DNA of 64,000 nucleotides from Azolla caroliniana (taxonomy: Eukaryota; Plantae; Polypodiophyta): assembly GCA_043228905.1 (NCBI GenBank), contig JBHGNT010000055.1:1-64000 (forward strand), in the 5' to 3' direction. The first letter of the stretch is position 1. Each line of letters opens with the position of its first letter. A program made the translations under genes and the position numbers. Positions 1 through 13,950 of the stretch are shown here, piece by piece. The notes beneath the pieces were generated by a model, which did not search any database, was not told where the DNA came from, and saw only the letters and a program-made list of their open reading frames with translations.

Positions 1-2129
1 ACCTGAGTATCAAAATCTTGATTTTTTAGTTCCATATCATAGCTAGCGTTGTTAGCTTCGATTCGCATGTTTGAACACAAAAATCCGATATCACGCGAGC
101 CAGGTATGAACATTTTAATTTACTGAAGGGCTCCTCTCAACTCCCTCCTCAAATTTGGTAATTTCGTCATGTCTCTCGACCTGAGTTTCAAAATCTTGAT
201 TTTTTAGTTCCATATAATAGCTAGCGTTGTTAGCTTCGATACGTATGTTTGAACACAAAAATCCGATATCACACGAGCCAGGTATAAACATTTTAATTTA
301 CTCAAGGGCTCCCCTCAACTCGCTCCTCAAATTTGGTAATTTCTTCATATCTCTCGACCTGAGTTTCAAAATCTTGATTTTTTAGTTCCATATCATAGCT
401 AGCGTTGTTAGCTTCGATTCGCATGTTTGAACACAAAAATCCGATATCACGCGAGCCAGGTATGAACATTTTAATTTACTCAAGGGCTCCTCCCAACTCC
501 CTCCTCAAAGTTGGTAATTTCTTCATATCTCTCGACCTGAGTTTCAAAATCTTGATTTTTTAGTTCCATATAATAGCTAGCGTTGTTAGCTTCGATACGA
601 ATGTTTGAACACAAACATCCGATATCACACGAGCTAGGTATGAACATTTTAATTTACTCAAGAGCTCCTCTCAACTCCCTCCTCAAGATTGCTAATTTCT
701 TCATATCTCTCGACCTGAGTTTCAAAATCTTGATTTTTTAGTTCCATATAATAGCTAGCGTTGTTTGCTTCGATTCGCATGTTTGAACACACAAATCCGA
801 TATCACACGAGCCAGGTATGAACATTTTAATTTACTCAAGGGCTCCTCTCAACTCCCTCCTCAAGATTGCTAATTTCTTCATATCTCTCGACCTGAGTTT
901 CAAAATCTTGATTTTTTAATACCATATAATACCTAGCGTTGTTAGCTTCGATTCGCAGGTTTGAACACACAAATCCGATATCACACGAGCCAGGTATGAA
1001 CATTTTAATGTACTCAAGGGCTCCTCCCAACTCCCACCTCAAATTTGGTAATTTCGTCATGTCTCTCGACCTGAGTTTCAAAATCTTGATTTTTTAGTTC
1101 CGTATAATAGCTAGCGTTGTTAGCTTCGATACGTATCTTTGAACACAAAAATCCGATATCACACGAGCCAGGTATGAACATTTTAATTTACTCAAGGGCT
1201 CCTCCCAACTCCCTCCTCAAATTTGGTAATTTCTTCATATCTCTCGACCTGAGTTTCAAAATCTTGATTTTTTAATACCATATAATAGCTAGCGTTGTTA
1301 GCTTCGATACGAATGTTTGAACACACAAATCCGATATCACACGAGCCAGGTATGAACATTTTAACTTACTCAACGGCTCCTCTCAACTCCCTCCTCAAGA
1401 TTGCAAATTTCTTCATATCTCTCGATCTGAGTTTCAAAATCTTGATTTTTTAATACCATATAATAGCTAGCGTTCTTAGCTTCGATTCGCAGGTTTGAAC
1501 ACACAAATCCGATATCACACGAGCCAGGTATGAACATTTTAATGTACTCAAGGGCTCCTCTCAACTCCCTCCTCAAGATTGCTAATTTCTTCATATCTCT
1601 CGACCTGAGTTTCAAAATCTTGATTATTTAGTTCCATATAATAGCTAGCGTTGTTAGCTTCGATAGGAATGTTTGAACACACAAATCCGATATCACACGA
1701 CCCAGGTAAAAACATTTTAATTTACTCAAGGGCTCCTCTCAACTCCCTCCTCAAGATTGCAAATTTCTTCATATCTCTCGACCTGAGTTTCAAAATCTTG
1801 ATTTTTTAATACCATATAATAGCTAGCGTTGTTAGCTTCGATTCGCAGGTTTGAACACAAAAATCCGATATCACACGAGCCAGGTATGAACATTTTAATT
1901 TACTCAAGGGCTCCTCTCAACTCCCTCCTCAAATTTGGTAATTTCTTCATGTCTCTCGACCTGAGTTTCAAAATCTTTATTATTTAGTTCCATATAATAG
2001 CTAGCGTTGTTAGCTTCGATACGAATGTTTGAACACAAACATCCGATATCACACGAGCTAGGTATGAACATTTTAATTTACTCAAGAGCTCCTCTCAACT
2101 CCCTCCTCAAGATTGCTAATTTCTTCATA

Positions 2130-5100
2130 TCTCTCGACCTGAGTTTCAAAATCTTGATTTTTTAGTTCCATATAATAGCTAGCGTTGTTAGCTTCGATAC
2201 GAATGTTTGAACACACAAATCCGATAGCACGCGAGCCAGGTATGAACATTTTAATTTACTCAAGGGCTCCTCTCAACTCCCTCCTCAAATTTGGTAATTT
2301 CGTCATGTCTCTCGACCTGAGTTTCAAAATCTTGATTTTTTATTTCCATATAATAGCAAGCGTTGTTAGCTTCGATACGAATGTTTGAACACACAAATCC
2401 GATATCACACGAGCCAGGTATGAACATTTTAATTTACTCAAGGGCTCCTCTCAACTCCCTCCTCAAATTTGGTAACTTCTTCATATCTCTCGACCTGAGT
2501 TTCAAAATCTTGATTTTTGAGTTCCATATAATAGCTAGCGTTGTTAGCTTCGATACGAATGTTTGAACACAAACATCCGATATCACACGAGCTAGGTATG
2601 AACATTTTAATTTACTCAAGAGCTCCTCTCAACTCCCTCCTCAAGATTGCTAATTTCTTCATATCTCTCGACCTGAGTTTCAAAATCTTGATTTTTTAGT
2701 TCCATATAATAGCTAGCGTTGTTAGCTTCGATACGTATGTTTGAACACAAAAATCCGATATCACACGAGCTAGGTATGAACATTTTAATTTACTCAAGGG
2801 CTCCTCCCAACTCCCTCCTCAAATTTGGTAATTTCTTCATATCTCTCGACCTGAGTTTCAAAATCTTGATTATTTAGTTCTATATCATAGCTAGCGTTGT
2901 TAGCTTCGATACGAATGTTTGAACACACAAATCCGATATCACACGAGCCAGGTATGAACATTTTAATTTACTCAAGGGCTCCTCTCAACTCCCTCCTCAA
3001 GATTGCTAATTTCTTCATATCTCTCGACCTGAGTTTCAAAATCTTGATTTTTTAATACCATATAATAGCTAGCGTTGTTAGATTCGATACGAATGTTTGA
3101 ACACAAACATCCGATATCACACGAGCTAGGTATGAACATTTTAATTTACTCCAGAGCTCCTCTCAACTCCCTCCTCAAGATTGCTAATTTCTTCATATCT
3201 CTCGACCTGAGTTTCAAAATCTTGATTATTTAGTTCTATATCATAGCTAGCGTTGTTAGCTTCGATACGAATGTTTGAACACACAAATCCGATATCACAC
3301 GAGCCAGGTATGAACATTTTAATTTACTCAATGGCTCCTCTCAACTCCCTCCTCAAGATTGCTAATTTCTTCATATCTCTCGACCTGAGTTTCAAAATCT
3401 TGATTTTTTAATACCATATAATAGCTAGCGTTGTTAGCTTCGATTCGCAGGTTTGAACACACAAATCCGATATCACACGAGCCAGGTATGAACATTTTAA
3501 TGTACTCAAGGGCTCCTCCCAACTCCCACCTCAAATTTGGTAATTTCGTCATGTCTCTCGACCTGAGTTTCAAAATCTTGATTTTTTAGTTCCATATAAT
3601 AGCTAGCGTTGTTAGCTTCGATACGTATCTTTGAACACAAAAATCCGATATCACACGATCCAGGTATGAACATTTTAATTTACTCAAGGGCTCCTCCCAA
3701 CTCCCTCCTCAAATTTGGTAATTTCTTCATATCTCTCGACCTGAGTTTCAAAATCTTGATTTTTTAGTTCCATATAATAGCTAGCGTTGTTAGCTTCGAT
3801 ACGAATGTTTGAACACACAAATCCGATAGCACGCGAGCCAGGTATGAACATTTTAATTTACTCAAGGGCTCCTCTCAACTCCCTCCTCAAATTTGGTAAT
3901 TTCGTCATGTCTCTCGACCTGAGTTTCAAAATCTTGATTTTTTAGTTCCATATAATAGCAAGCGTTGTTAGCTTCGATACGAATGTTTGAACACACAAAT
4001 CCGATATCACACGAGCCAGGTATGAACATTTTAATTTACTCAAGGGCTCCTCTCAACTCCCTCCTCAAATTTGGTAACTTCTTCATATCTCTCGACCTGA
4101 GTTTCAAAATCTTGATTTTTGAGTTCCATATAATAGCTAGCGTTGTTAGCTTCGATACGAATGTTTGAACACAAACATCCGATATCACACGAGCTAGGTA
4201 TGAACATTTTAATTTACTCAAGAGCTCCTCTCAACTCCCTCCTCAAGATTGCTAATTTCTTCATATCTCTCGACCTGAGTTTCAAAATCTTGATTTTTTA
4301 GTTCCATATAATAGCTAGCGTTGTTAGCTTCGATACGTATGTTTGAACACAAAAATCCGATATCACACGAGCCAGGTATGAACATTTTAATTTACTCAAG
4401 GGCTCCTCCCAACTCCCTCCTCAAATTTGGTAATTTCTTCATATCTCTCGACCTGAGTTTCAAAATCTTGATTATTTAGTTCTATATCATAGCTAGCGTT
4501 GTTAGCTTCGATACGAATGTTTGAACACACAAATCCGATATCACACGAGCCAGGTATGAACATTTTAATTTACTCAAGGGCTCCTCTCAACTCCCTCCTC
4601 AAGTTTGCTAATTTCTTCATATCTCTCGACCTGAGTTTCAAAATCTTGATTTTTTAATACCATATAATAGCTAGCGTTGTTAGATTCGATACGAATGTTT
4701 GAACACAAACATCCGATATCACACGAGCTAGGTATAAACATTTTAATTTACTCAAGGGCTCCCCTCAACTCGCTCCTCAAATTTGGTAATTTCTTCATAT
4801 CTCTCGACCTGAGTTTCAAAATCTTGATTATTTAGTTCTATATCATAGCTAGCGTTGTTAGCTTCGATACGAATGTTTGAACACACAAATCCGATATCAC
4901 ACGAGCCAGGTATGAACATTTTAATTTACTCAAGGGCTCCTCTCAACTCCCTCCTCAAATTTGGTAACTTCTTCATATCTCTCGACCTGAGTTTCAAAAT
5001 CTTGATTTTTGAGTTCCATATAATAGCTAGCGTTGTTAGCTTCGATACGAATGTTTGAACACAAACATCCGATATCACACGAGCTAGGTATGAACATTTT

Positions 5101-8100
5101 AATTTACTCAAGAGCTCCTCTCAACTCCCTCCTCAAGATTGCTAATTTCTTCATATCTCTCGACCTGAGTTTCAAAATCTTGATTTTTTAGTTCCATATA
5201 ATAGCTAGCGTTGTTAGCTTCGATACGTATGTTTGAACACAAAAATCCGATATCACACGAGCTAGGTATGAACATTTTAATTTACTCAAGGGCTCCTCCC
5301 AACTCCCTCCTCAAATTTGGTAATTTCTTCATATCTCTCGACCTGAGTTTCAAAATCTTGATTATTTAGTTCTATATCATAGCTAGCGTTGTTAGCTTCG
5401 ATACGAATGTTTGAACACACAAATCCGATATGACACGAGCCAGGTATGAACATTTTAATTTACTCAAGGGCTCCTCTCAACTCCCTCCTCAAGATTGCTA
5501 ATTTCTTCATATCTCTCGACCTGAGTTTCAAAATCTTGATTTTTTAATACCATATAATAGCTAGCGTTGTTAGATTCGATACGAATGTTTGAACACAAAC
5601 ATCCGATATCACACGAGCTAGGTATGAACATTTTAATTTACTCCAGAGCTCCTCTCAACTCCCTCCTCAAGATTGCTAATTTCTTCATATCTCTCGACCT
5701 GAGTTTCAAAATCTTGATTATTTAGTTCTATATCATAGCTAGCGTTGTTAGCTTCGATACGAATGTTTGAACACACAAATCCGATATCACACGAGCCAGG
5801 TATGAACATTTTAATTTACTCAATGGCTCCTCTCAACTCCCTCCTCAAGATTGCTAATTTCTTCATATCTCTCGACCTGAGTTTCAAAATCTTGATTTTT
5901 TAATACCATATAATAGCTAGCGTTGTTAGCTTCGATTCGCAGGTTTGAACACACAAATCCGATATCACACGAGCCAGGTATGAACATTTTAATGTACTCA
6001 AGGGCTCCTCCCAACTCCCACCTCAAATTTGGTAATTTCGTCATGTCTCTCGACCTGAGTTTCAAAATCTTGATTTTTTAGTTCCATATAATAGCTAGCG
6101 TTGTTAGCTTCGATACGTATCTTTGAACACAAAAATCCGATATCACACGAGCCAGGTATGAACATTTTAATTTACTCAAGGGCTCCTCCCAACTCCCTCC
6201 TCAAATTTGGTAATTTCTTCATATCTCTCGACCTGAGTTTCAAAATCTTGATTTTTTAGTTCCATATAATAGCTAGCGTTGTTAGCTTCGATACGAATGT
6301 TTGAACACACAAATCCGATAGCACGCGAGCCAGGTATGAACATTTTAATTTACTCAAGGGCTCCTCTCAACTCCCTCCTCAAATTTGGTAATTTCGTCAT
6401 GTCTCTCGACCTGAGTTTCAAAATCTTGATTTTTTAGTTCCATATAATAGCAAGCGTTGTTAGCTTCGATACGAATGTTTGAACACACAAATCCGATATC
6501 ACACGAGCCAGGTATGAACATTTTAATTTACTCAAGAGCTCCTCTCAACTCCCTCCTCAAGATTGCTAATTTCTTCATATCTCTCGACCTGAGTTTCAAA
6601 ATCTTGATTTTTTAGTTCCATATAATAGCTAGCGTTGTTAGCTTCGATACGTATGTTTGAACACAAAAATCCGATATCACACGAGCTAGGTATGAACATT
6701 TTAATTTACTCAAGGGCTCCTCCCAACTCCCTCCTCAAATTTGGTAATTTCTTCATATCTCTCGACCTGAGTTTCAAAATCTTGATTTTTGAGTTCCATA
6801 TAATAGCTAGCGTTGTTAGCTTCGATACGAATGTTTGAACACAAACATCCGATATCACACGAGCTAGGTATGAACATTTTAATTTACTCAAGAGCTCCTC
6901 TCAACTCCCTCCTCAAGATTGCTAATTTCTTCATATCTCTCGACCTGAGTTTCAAAATCTTGATTTTTTAATACCATATAATAGCTAGCGTTGTTAGATT
7001 CGATACGAATGTTTGAACACAAACATCCGATATCACACGAGCTAGGTATGAACATTTTAATTTACTCCAGAGCTCCTCTCAACTCCCTCCTCAAGATTGC
7101 TAATTTCTTCATATCTCTCGACCTGAGTTTCAAAATCTTGATTATTTAGTTCTATATCATAGCTAGCGTTGTTAGCTTCGATACGAATGTTTGAACACAC
7201 AAATCCGATATCACACGAGCCAGGTATGAACATTTTAATTTACTCAATGGCTCCTCTCAACTCCCTCCTCAAGATTGCTAATTTCTTCATATCTCTCGAC
7301 CTGAGTTTCAAAATCTTGATTTTTTAATACCATATAATAGCTAGCGTTGTTAGCTTCGATTCGCAGGTTTGAACACACAAATCCGATATCACACGAGCCA
7401 GGTATGAACATTTTAATGTACTCAAGGGCTCCTCCCAACTCCCACCTCAAATTTGGTAATTTCGTCATGTCTCTCGACCTGAGTTTCAAAATCTTGATTT
7501 TTTAGTTCCATATAATAGCTAGCGTTGTTAGCTTCGATACGTATCTTTGAACACAAAAATCCGATATCACACGAGCCAGGTATGAACATTTTAATTTACT
7601 CAAGGGCTCCTCCCAACTCCCTCCTCAAATTTGGTAATTTCTTCATATCTCTCGACCTGAGTTTCAAAATCTTGATTTTTTAGTTCCATATAATAGCTAG
7701 CGTTTTTAGATTCGATACGTATCTTTGAACACAAAAATCCGATATCACACGAGCCAGGTATGAACATTTTAATTTACTCAAGGGCTCCTCCCAACTCCCT
7801 CCTCAAATTTGGTAATTTCTTCATATCTCTCGACCTGAGTTTCAAAATCTTGATTTTTTAGTTCCATATAATAGCTAGCGTTGTTAGCTTCGATACGAAT
7901 GTTTGAACACACAAATCCGATAGCACGCGAGCCAGGTATGAACATTTTAATTTACTCAAGGGCTCCTCTCAACTCCCTCCTCAAATTTGGTAATTTCGTC
8001 ATGTCTCTCGACCTGAGTTTCAAAATCTTGATTTTTTAGTTCCATATAATAGCAAGCGTTGTTAGCTTCGATACGAATGTTTGAACACACAAATCCGATA

Positions 8101-8370
8101 TCACACGAGCCAGGTATGAACATTTTAATTTACTCAAGGGCTCCTCTCAACTCCCTCCTCAAATTTGGTAACTTCTTCATATCTCTCGACCTGAGTTTCA
8201 AAATCTTGATTTTTGAGTTCCATATAATAGCTAGCGTTGTTAGCTTCGATACGAATGTTTGAACACAAACATCCGATATCACACGAGCTAGGTATGAACA
8301 TTTTAATTTACTCAAGAGCTCCTCTCAACTCCCTCCTCAAGATTGCTAATTTCTTCATATCTCTCGACCT
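2130..8370 (+). repeat. Full and truncated derivatives of the 9-mer HOR (9-, 5- and 8-monomer steps)
   Basis: Identical variant monomers at 2363, 3965 and 4855 (spacings 1602, 890) and at 3328, 5820 and 7244 (spacings 2492, 1424). Confidence 0.75.
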
Positions 8371-11300
8371 GAGTTCCAAAATCTTACTTTTTAAGTTCCA
8401 TATAATAGCTAGCGTTGTTTGCTTCGATTCGCATGTTTGAACACACAAATCCGATATCACACGAGCCAGGTATGAACATTTTAATTTACTCAAGGGCTCC
8501 TCTCAACTCCCTCCTCAAGATTGCTAATTTCTTCATATCTCTCGACCTGAGTTTCAAAATCTTGATTTTTTAATACCATATAATAGCTAGCGTTGTTAGC
8601 TTCGATACGAATGTTTGAACACAAAAATCCGATATCACACGAGCCAGGTATGAACATTTTAATTTACTCAACGGCTCCTCTCAACTCCCTCCTCAAGATT
8701 GCAAATTTCTTCATATCTCTCGACCTGAGTTTCAAAATCTTGATTTTTTAATACCATATAATAGCTAGCGTTGTTAGCTTCGATTCGCAGGTTTGAACAC
8801 ACAAATCCGATATCACACGAGCCAGGTATGAACATTTTAATTTACTCAAGGGCTCCTCTCAACTCCCTCCTCAAGATTGCTAATTACTTCATATCTCTCG
8901 ACCTGAGTTTCAAAATCTTGATTTTTTAATACCATATAATAGCTAGCGTTTTTAGATTCGATACGAATGTTTGAACACACAAATCCGATATCACACGAGC
9001 CAGGTATGAACATTTTAATTTACTCAAGGGCTCCTCTCAACTCCCTCCTCAAGATTGCTAATTTCTTCATATCTCTCGACCTGAGTTTCAAAATCTTGAT
9101 TTTTTAGTTCCATATAATAGCTAGCGTTGTTAGCTTCGATACGAATGTTGGAACACAAAAATCCGATATCACACTCGCCAGGTATGAACATTTGAATTTA
9201 ATCAAGGGCTCCTCTCAACTCCCTCCTCAAATTTGGTAATTTCGTCATGTCTCTCGACATGAGTTTTAAAATCTTGATTTTCTAGTTCCATATAATAGCT
9301 AGCGTTGTTAGCTTCGATACGTATGTTTGAACACAAAAATCTGATATCACACGAGCCAGGTATGAACATTTTAATTTACTCAAGGGCTCCTCCCAACTCC
9401 CTCCTCAAATTTGGTAATTTCTTCATATCTCTCGACCTGAGTTTCAAAATCTTGATTATTTAGTTCCATATCATAGCTAGCGTTGTTAGCTTCGATACGA
9501 ATGTTTAAACACACAAATCCGATATCACACGAGCCAGGTATGAACATTTTAATTTACTCAAGGGCTCCTCTCAACTCCCTCTTCAAGATTGCTAATTTCT
9601 TCATATCTCTCGACCTGAGTTTCAAAATCTTGATTATTTAGTTCCATATCATAGCTAGCGTTGTTAGCTTCGATACGAATGTTTGAACACACAAATCCGA
9701 TATCACACGAGCCAGGTATGAACATTTTAATTTACTCAAGGGCTCCTCTCAACTCCCTCCTCAAGATTGCTAATTTCTTCATATCTCTCGACCTGAGTTT
9801 CAAAATCTTGATTTTTTAGTTCCATATAATAGCTAGCGTTGTTAGCTTCGATAGGAATGTTGGAACACAAAAATCCGATATCACACGACCCAGGTATAAA
9901 CATTTTAATTTACTCAAGGGCTCCTCTCAACTCCCTCCTCAGGTTTGGTAATATCTTCATATCTCTCGACCTGAGTTTCAAAATCTTGATTTTTTAATAC
10001 CATATAATAGCTAGCGTTGTTAGCTTCGATTCGCAGGTTTGAACACAAAAATCCGATATCACACGAGCTAGGTATGAACATTTTAATTTACTCAAGGGCT
10101 CCTCTCAACTCCCTCCTCAAATTTGGTAATTTCTTCATATCTCTCGACCTGAGTTTCAAAATCTTGATTATTTAGTTCCATATAATAGCTAGCGTTGTTA
10201 GCTTCGATACGTATGTTTGAACACACAAATCCGATATCACACGACCCAGGTATAAACATTTTAATTTACTCAAGGGCTCCTCTCAACTCCCTCCTCAAGA
10301 TTGCTAATTTCTTCATATCTCTCGACCTGAGTTTCAAAATCTTGATTTTTTAGTTCCATATAATAGCTAGCGTTGTTAGCTTCGATACGTATGTTTGAAC
10401 ACAAAAATCCGATATCACACGAGCTAGGTATGAACATTTTAATTTACTCAAGGGCTCCTCCCAACTCCCTCCTCAAATTTGGTAATTTCTTCATATCTCT
10501 CGACCTGAGTTTCAAAATCTTGATTATTTAGTTCTATATCATAGCTAGCGTTGTTAGCTTCGATACGAATGTTTGAACACACAAATCCGATATCACACGA
10601 CCCAGGTATGAACATTTTAATTTACTCAAGGGCTCCTCTCAACTCCCTCCTCAAGATTGCTAATTTCTTCATATCTCTCGACCTGAGTTTCAAAATCTTG
10701 ATTTTTTAATACCATATAATAGCTAGCGTTGTTAGATTCGATACGAATGTTTGAACACAAACATCCGATATCACACGAGCTAGGTATGAACATTTTAATT
10801 TACTCCAGAGCTCCTCTCAACTCCCTCCTCAAGATTGCTAATTTCTTCATATCTCTCGACCTGAGTTTCAAAATCTTGATTATTTAGTTCTATATCATAG
10901 CTAGCGTTGTTAGCTTCGATACGAATGTTTGAACACACAAATCCGATATCACACGAGCCAGGTATGAACATTTTAATTTACTCAATGGCTCCTCTCAACT
11001 CCCTCCTCAAGATTGCTAATTTCTTCATATCTCTCGACCTGAGTTTCAAAATCTTGATTTTTTAATACCATATAATAGCTAGCGTTGTTAGCTTCGATTC
11101 GCAGGTTTGAACACACAAATCCGATATCACACGAGCCAGGTATGAACATTTTAATGTACTCAAGGGCTCCTCCCAACTCCCACCTCAAATTTGGTAATTT
11201 CGTCATGTCTCTCGACCTGAGTTTCAAAATCTTGATTTTTTAGTTCCATATAATAGCTAGCGTTGTTAGCTTCGATACGTATCTTTGAACACAAAAATCC

Positions 11301-11399
11301 GATATCACACGAGCCAGGTATGAACATTTTAATTTACTCAAGGGCTCCTCCCAACTCCCTCCTCAAGATTGCTAATTTCTTCATATCTCTCGACCTGAG

Positions 11400-13950
11400 T
11401 TTCAAAATCTTGATTATTTAGTTCTATATCATAGCTAGCGTTGTTAGCTTCGATACGAATGTTTGAACACACAAATCCGATATCACACGAGCCAGGTATG
11501 AACATTTTAATTTACTCAATGGCTCCTCTCAACTCCCTCCTCAAGATTGCTAATTTCTTCATATCTCTCGACCTGAGTTTCAAAATCTTGATTTTTTAAT
11601 ACCATATAATAGCTAGCGTTGTTAGCTTCGATTCGCAGGTTTGAACACACAAATCCGATATCACACGAGCCAGGTATGAACATTTTAATGTACTCAAGGG
11701 CTCCTCCCAACTCCCACCTCAAATTTGGTAATTTCGTCATGTCTCTCGACCTGAGTTTCAAAATCTTGATTTTTTAGTTCCATATAATAGCTAGCGTTGT
11801 TAGCTTCGATACGTATCTTTGAACACAAAAATCCGATATCACACGAGCCAGGTATGAACATTTTAATTTACTCAAGGGCTCCTCCCAACTCCCTCCTCAA
11901 ATTTGGTAATTTCTTCATATCTCTCGACCTGAGTTTCAAAATCTTGATTTTTTAGTTCCATATAATAGCTAGCGTTGTTAGCTTCGATACGAATGTTTGA
12001 ACACACAAATCCGATAGCACGCGAGCCAGGTATGAACATTTTAATTTACTCAAGGGCTCCTCTCAACTCCCTCCTCAAATTTGGTAATTTCGTCATGTCT
12101 CTCGACCTGAGTTTCAAAATCTTGATTTTTTAGTTCCATATAATAGCAAGCGTTGTTAGCTTCGATACGAATGTTTGAACACACAAATCCGATATCACAC
12201 GAGCCAGGTATGAACATTTTAATTTACTCAAGGGCTCCTCTCAACTCCCTCCTCAAATTTGGTAACTTCTTCATATCTCTCGACCTGAGTTTCAAAATCT
12301 TGATTTTTGAGTTCCATATAATAGCTAGCGTTGTTAGCTTCGATACGAATGTTTGAACACAAACATCCGATATCACACGAGCTAGGTATGAACATTTTAA
12401 TTTACTCAAGAGCTCCTCTCAACTCCCTCCTCAAGATTGCTAATTTCTTCATATCTCTCGACCTGAGTTCCAAAATCTTACTTTTTAAGTTCCATATAAT
12501 AGCTAGCGTTGTTTGCTTCGATTCGCATGTTTGAACACACAAATCCGATATCACACGAGCCAGGTATGAACATTTTAATTTACTCAAGGGCTCCTCTCAA
12601 CTCCCTCCTCAAGATTGCTAATTTCTTCATATCTCTCGACCTGAGTTTCAAAATCTTGATTTTTTAATACCATATAATAGCTAGCGTTGTTAGCTTCGAT
12701 ACGAATGTTTGAACACACAAATCCGATATCACACGAGCCAGGTATGAACATTTTAATTTACTCAATGGCTCCTCTCAACTCCCTCCTCAAGATTGCTAAT
12801 TTCTTCATATCTCTCGACCTGAGTTTCAAAATCTTGATTTTTTAATACCATATAATAGCTAGCGTTGTTAGCTTCGATTCGCAGGTTTGAACACACAAAT
12901 CCGATATCACACGAGCCAGGTATGAACATTTTAATGTACTCAAGGGCTCCTCCCAACTCCCTCCTCAAATTTGGTAATTTCGTCATGTCTCTCGACCTGA
13001 GTTTCAAAATCTTGATTTTTTAGTTCCATATAATAGCTAGCGTTTTTAGATTCGATACGTATCTTTGAACACAAAAATCCGATATCACACGAGCCAGGTA
13101 TGAACATTTTAATTTACTCAAGGGCTCCTCCCAACTCCCTCCTCAAATTTGGTAATTTCTTCATATCTCTCGACCTGAGTTTCAAAATCTTGATTTTTTA
13201 GTTCCATATAATAGCTAGCGTTGTTAGCTTCGATACGAATGTTTGAACACACAAATCCGATAGCACGCGAGCCAGGTATGAACATTTTAATTTACTCAAG
13301 GGCTCCTCTCAACTCCCTCCTCAAATTTGGTAATTTCGTCATGTCTCTCGACCTGAGTTTCAAAATCTTGATTTTTTAGTTCCATATAATAGCAAGCGTT
13401 GTTAGCTTCGATACGAATGTTTGAACACACAAATCCGATATCACACGAGCCAGGTATGAACATTTTAATTTACTCAAGGGCTCCTCTCAACTCCCTCCTC
13501 AAATTTGGTAACTTCTTCATATCTCTCGACCTGAGTTTCAAAATCTTGATTTTTGAGTTCCATATAATAGCTAGCGTTGTTAGCTTCGATACGAATGTTT
13601 GAACACAAACATCCGATATCACACGAGCTAGGTATGAACATTTTAATTTACTCAAGAGCTCCTCTCAACTCCCTCCTCAAGATTGCTAATTTCTTCATAT
13701 CTCTCGACCTGAGTTCCAAAATCTTACTTTTTAAGTTCCATATAATAGCTAGCGTTGTTTGCTTCGATTCGCATGTTTGAACACACAAATCCGATATCAC
13801 ACGAGCCAGGTATGAACATTTTAATTTACTCAAGGGCTCCTCTCAACTCCCTCCTCAAGATTGCTAATTTCTTCATATCTCTCGACCTGAGTTTCAAAAT
13901 CTTGATTTTTTAATACCATATAATAGCTAGCGTTGTTAGCTTCGATACGA
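11400..13950 (+). repeat. 7-monomer (1246-bp) tandem duplication, related to the block at ~7500-9000
   Basis: ORF pairs 11516/12762, 12153/13399 and 12331/13577 are 1246 apart. The rare variant GAGTTCCAAAATCTTACTTTTTAAG occurs at ~8371, ~12465 and ~13711. Confidence 0.8.

Noticed and set aside
1-178. Arabidopsis CEN178 or primate alpha satellite
   Set aside because: Only the length is similar. The sequence does not resemble these consensuses as I recall them; a BLAST search would confirm.
1-178. Tandem 5S rRNA, tRNA or snRNA gene repeat
   Set aside because: I see no recognisable 5S sequence, cloverleaf, convincing A/B box pair or Sm-site context in the unit.
213-219. TATAAT/TATA-like promoter motif in most monomers
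   Set aside because: Expected by chance in an AT-rich repeat. There is no downstream gene and no transcript evidence.
590-606. CENP-B box-like CTTCGATACGAATGTTT
   Set aside because: It matches only TTCG of NTTCGNNNNANNCGGGN; the central A and the CGGG are missing.
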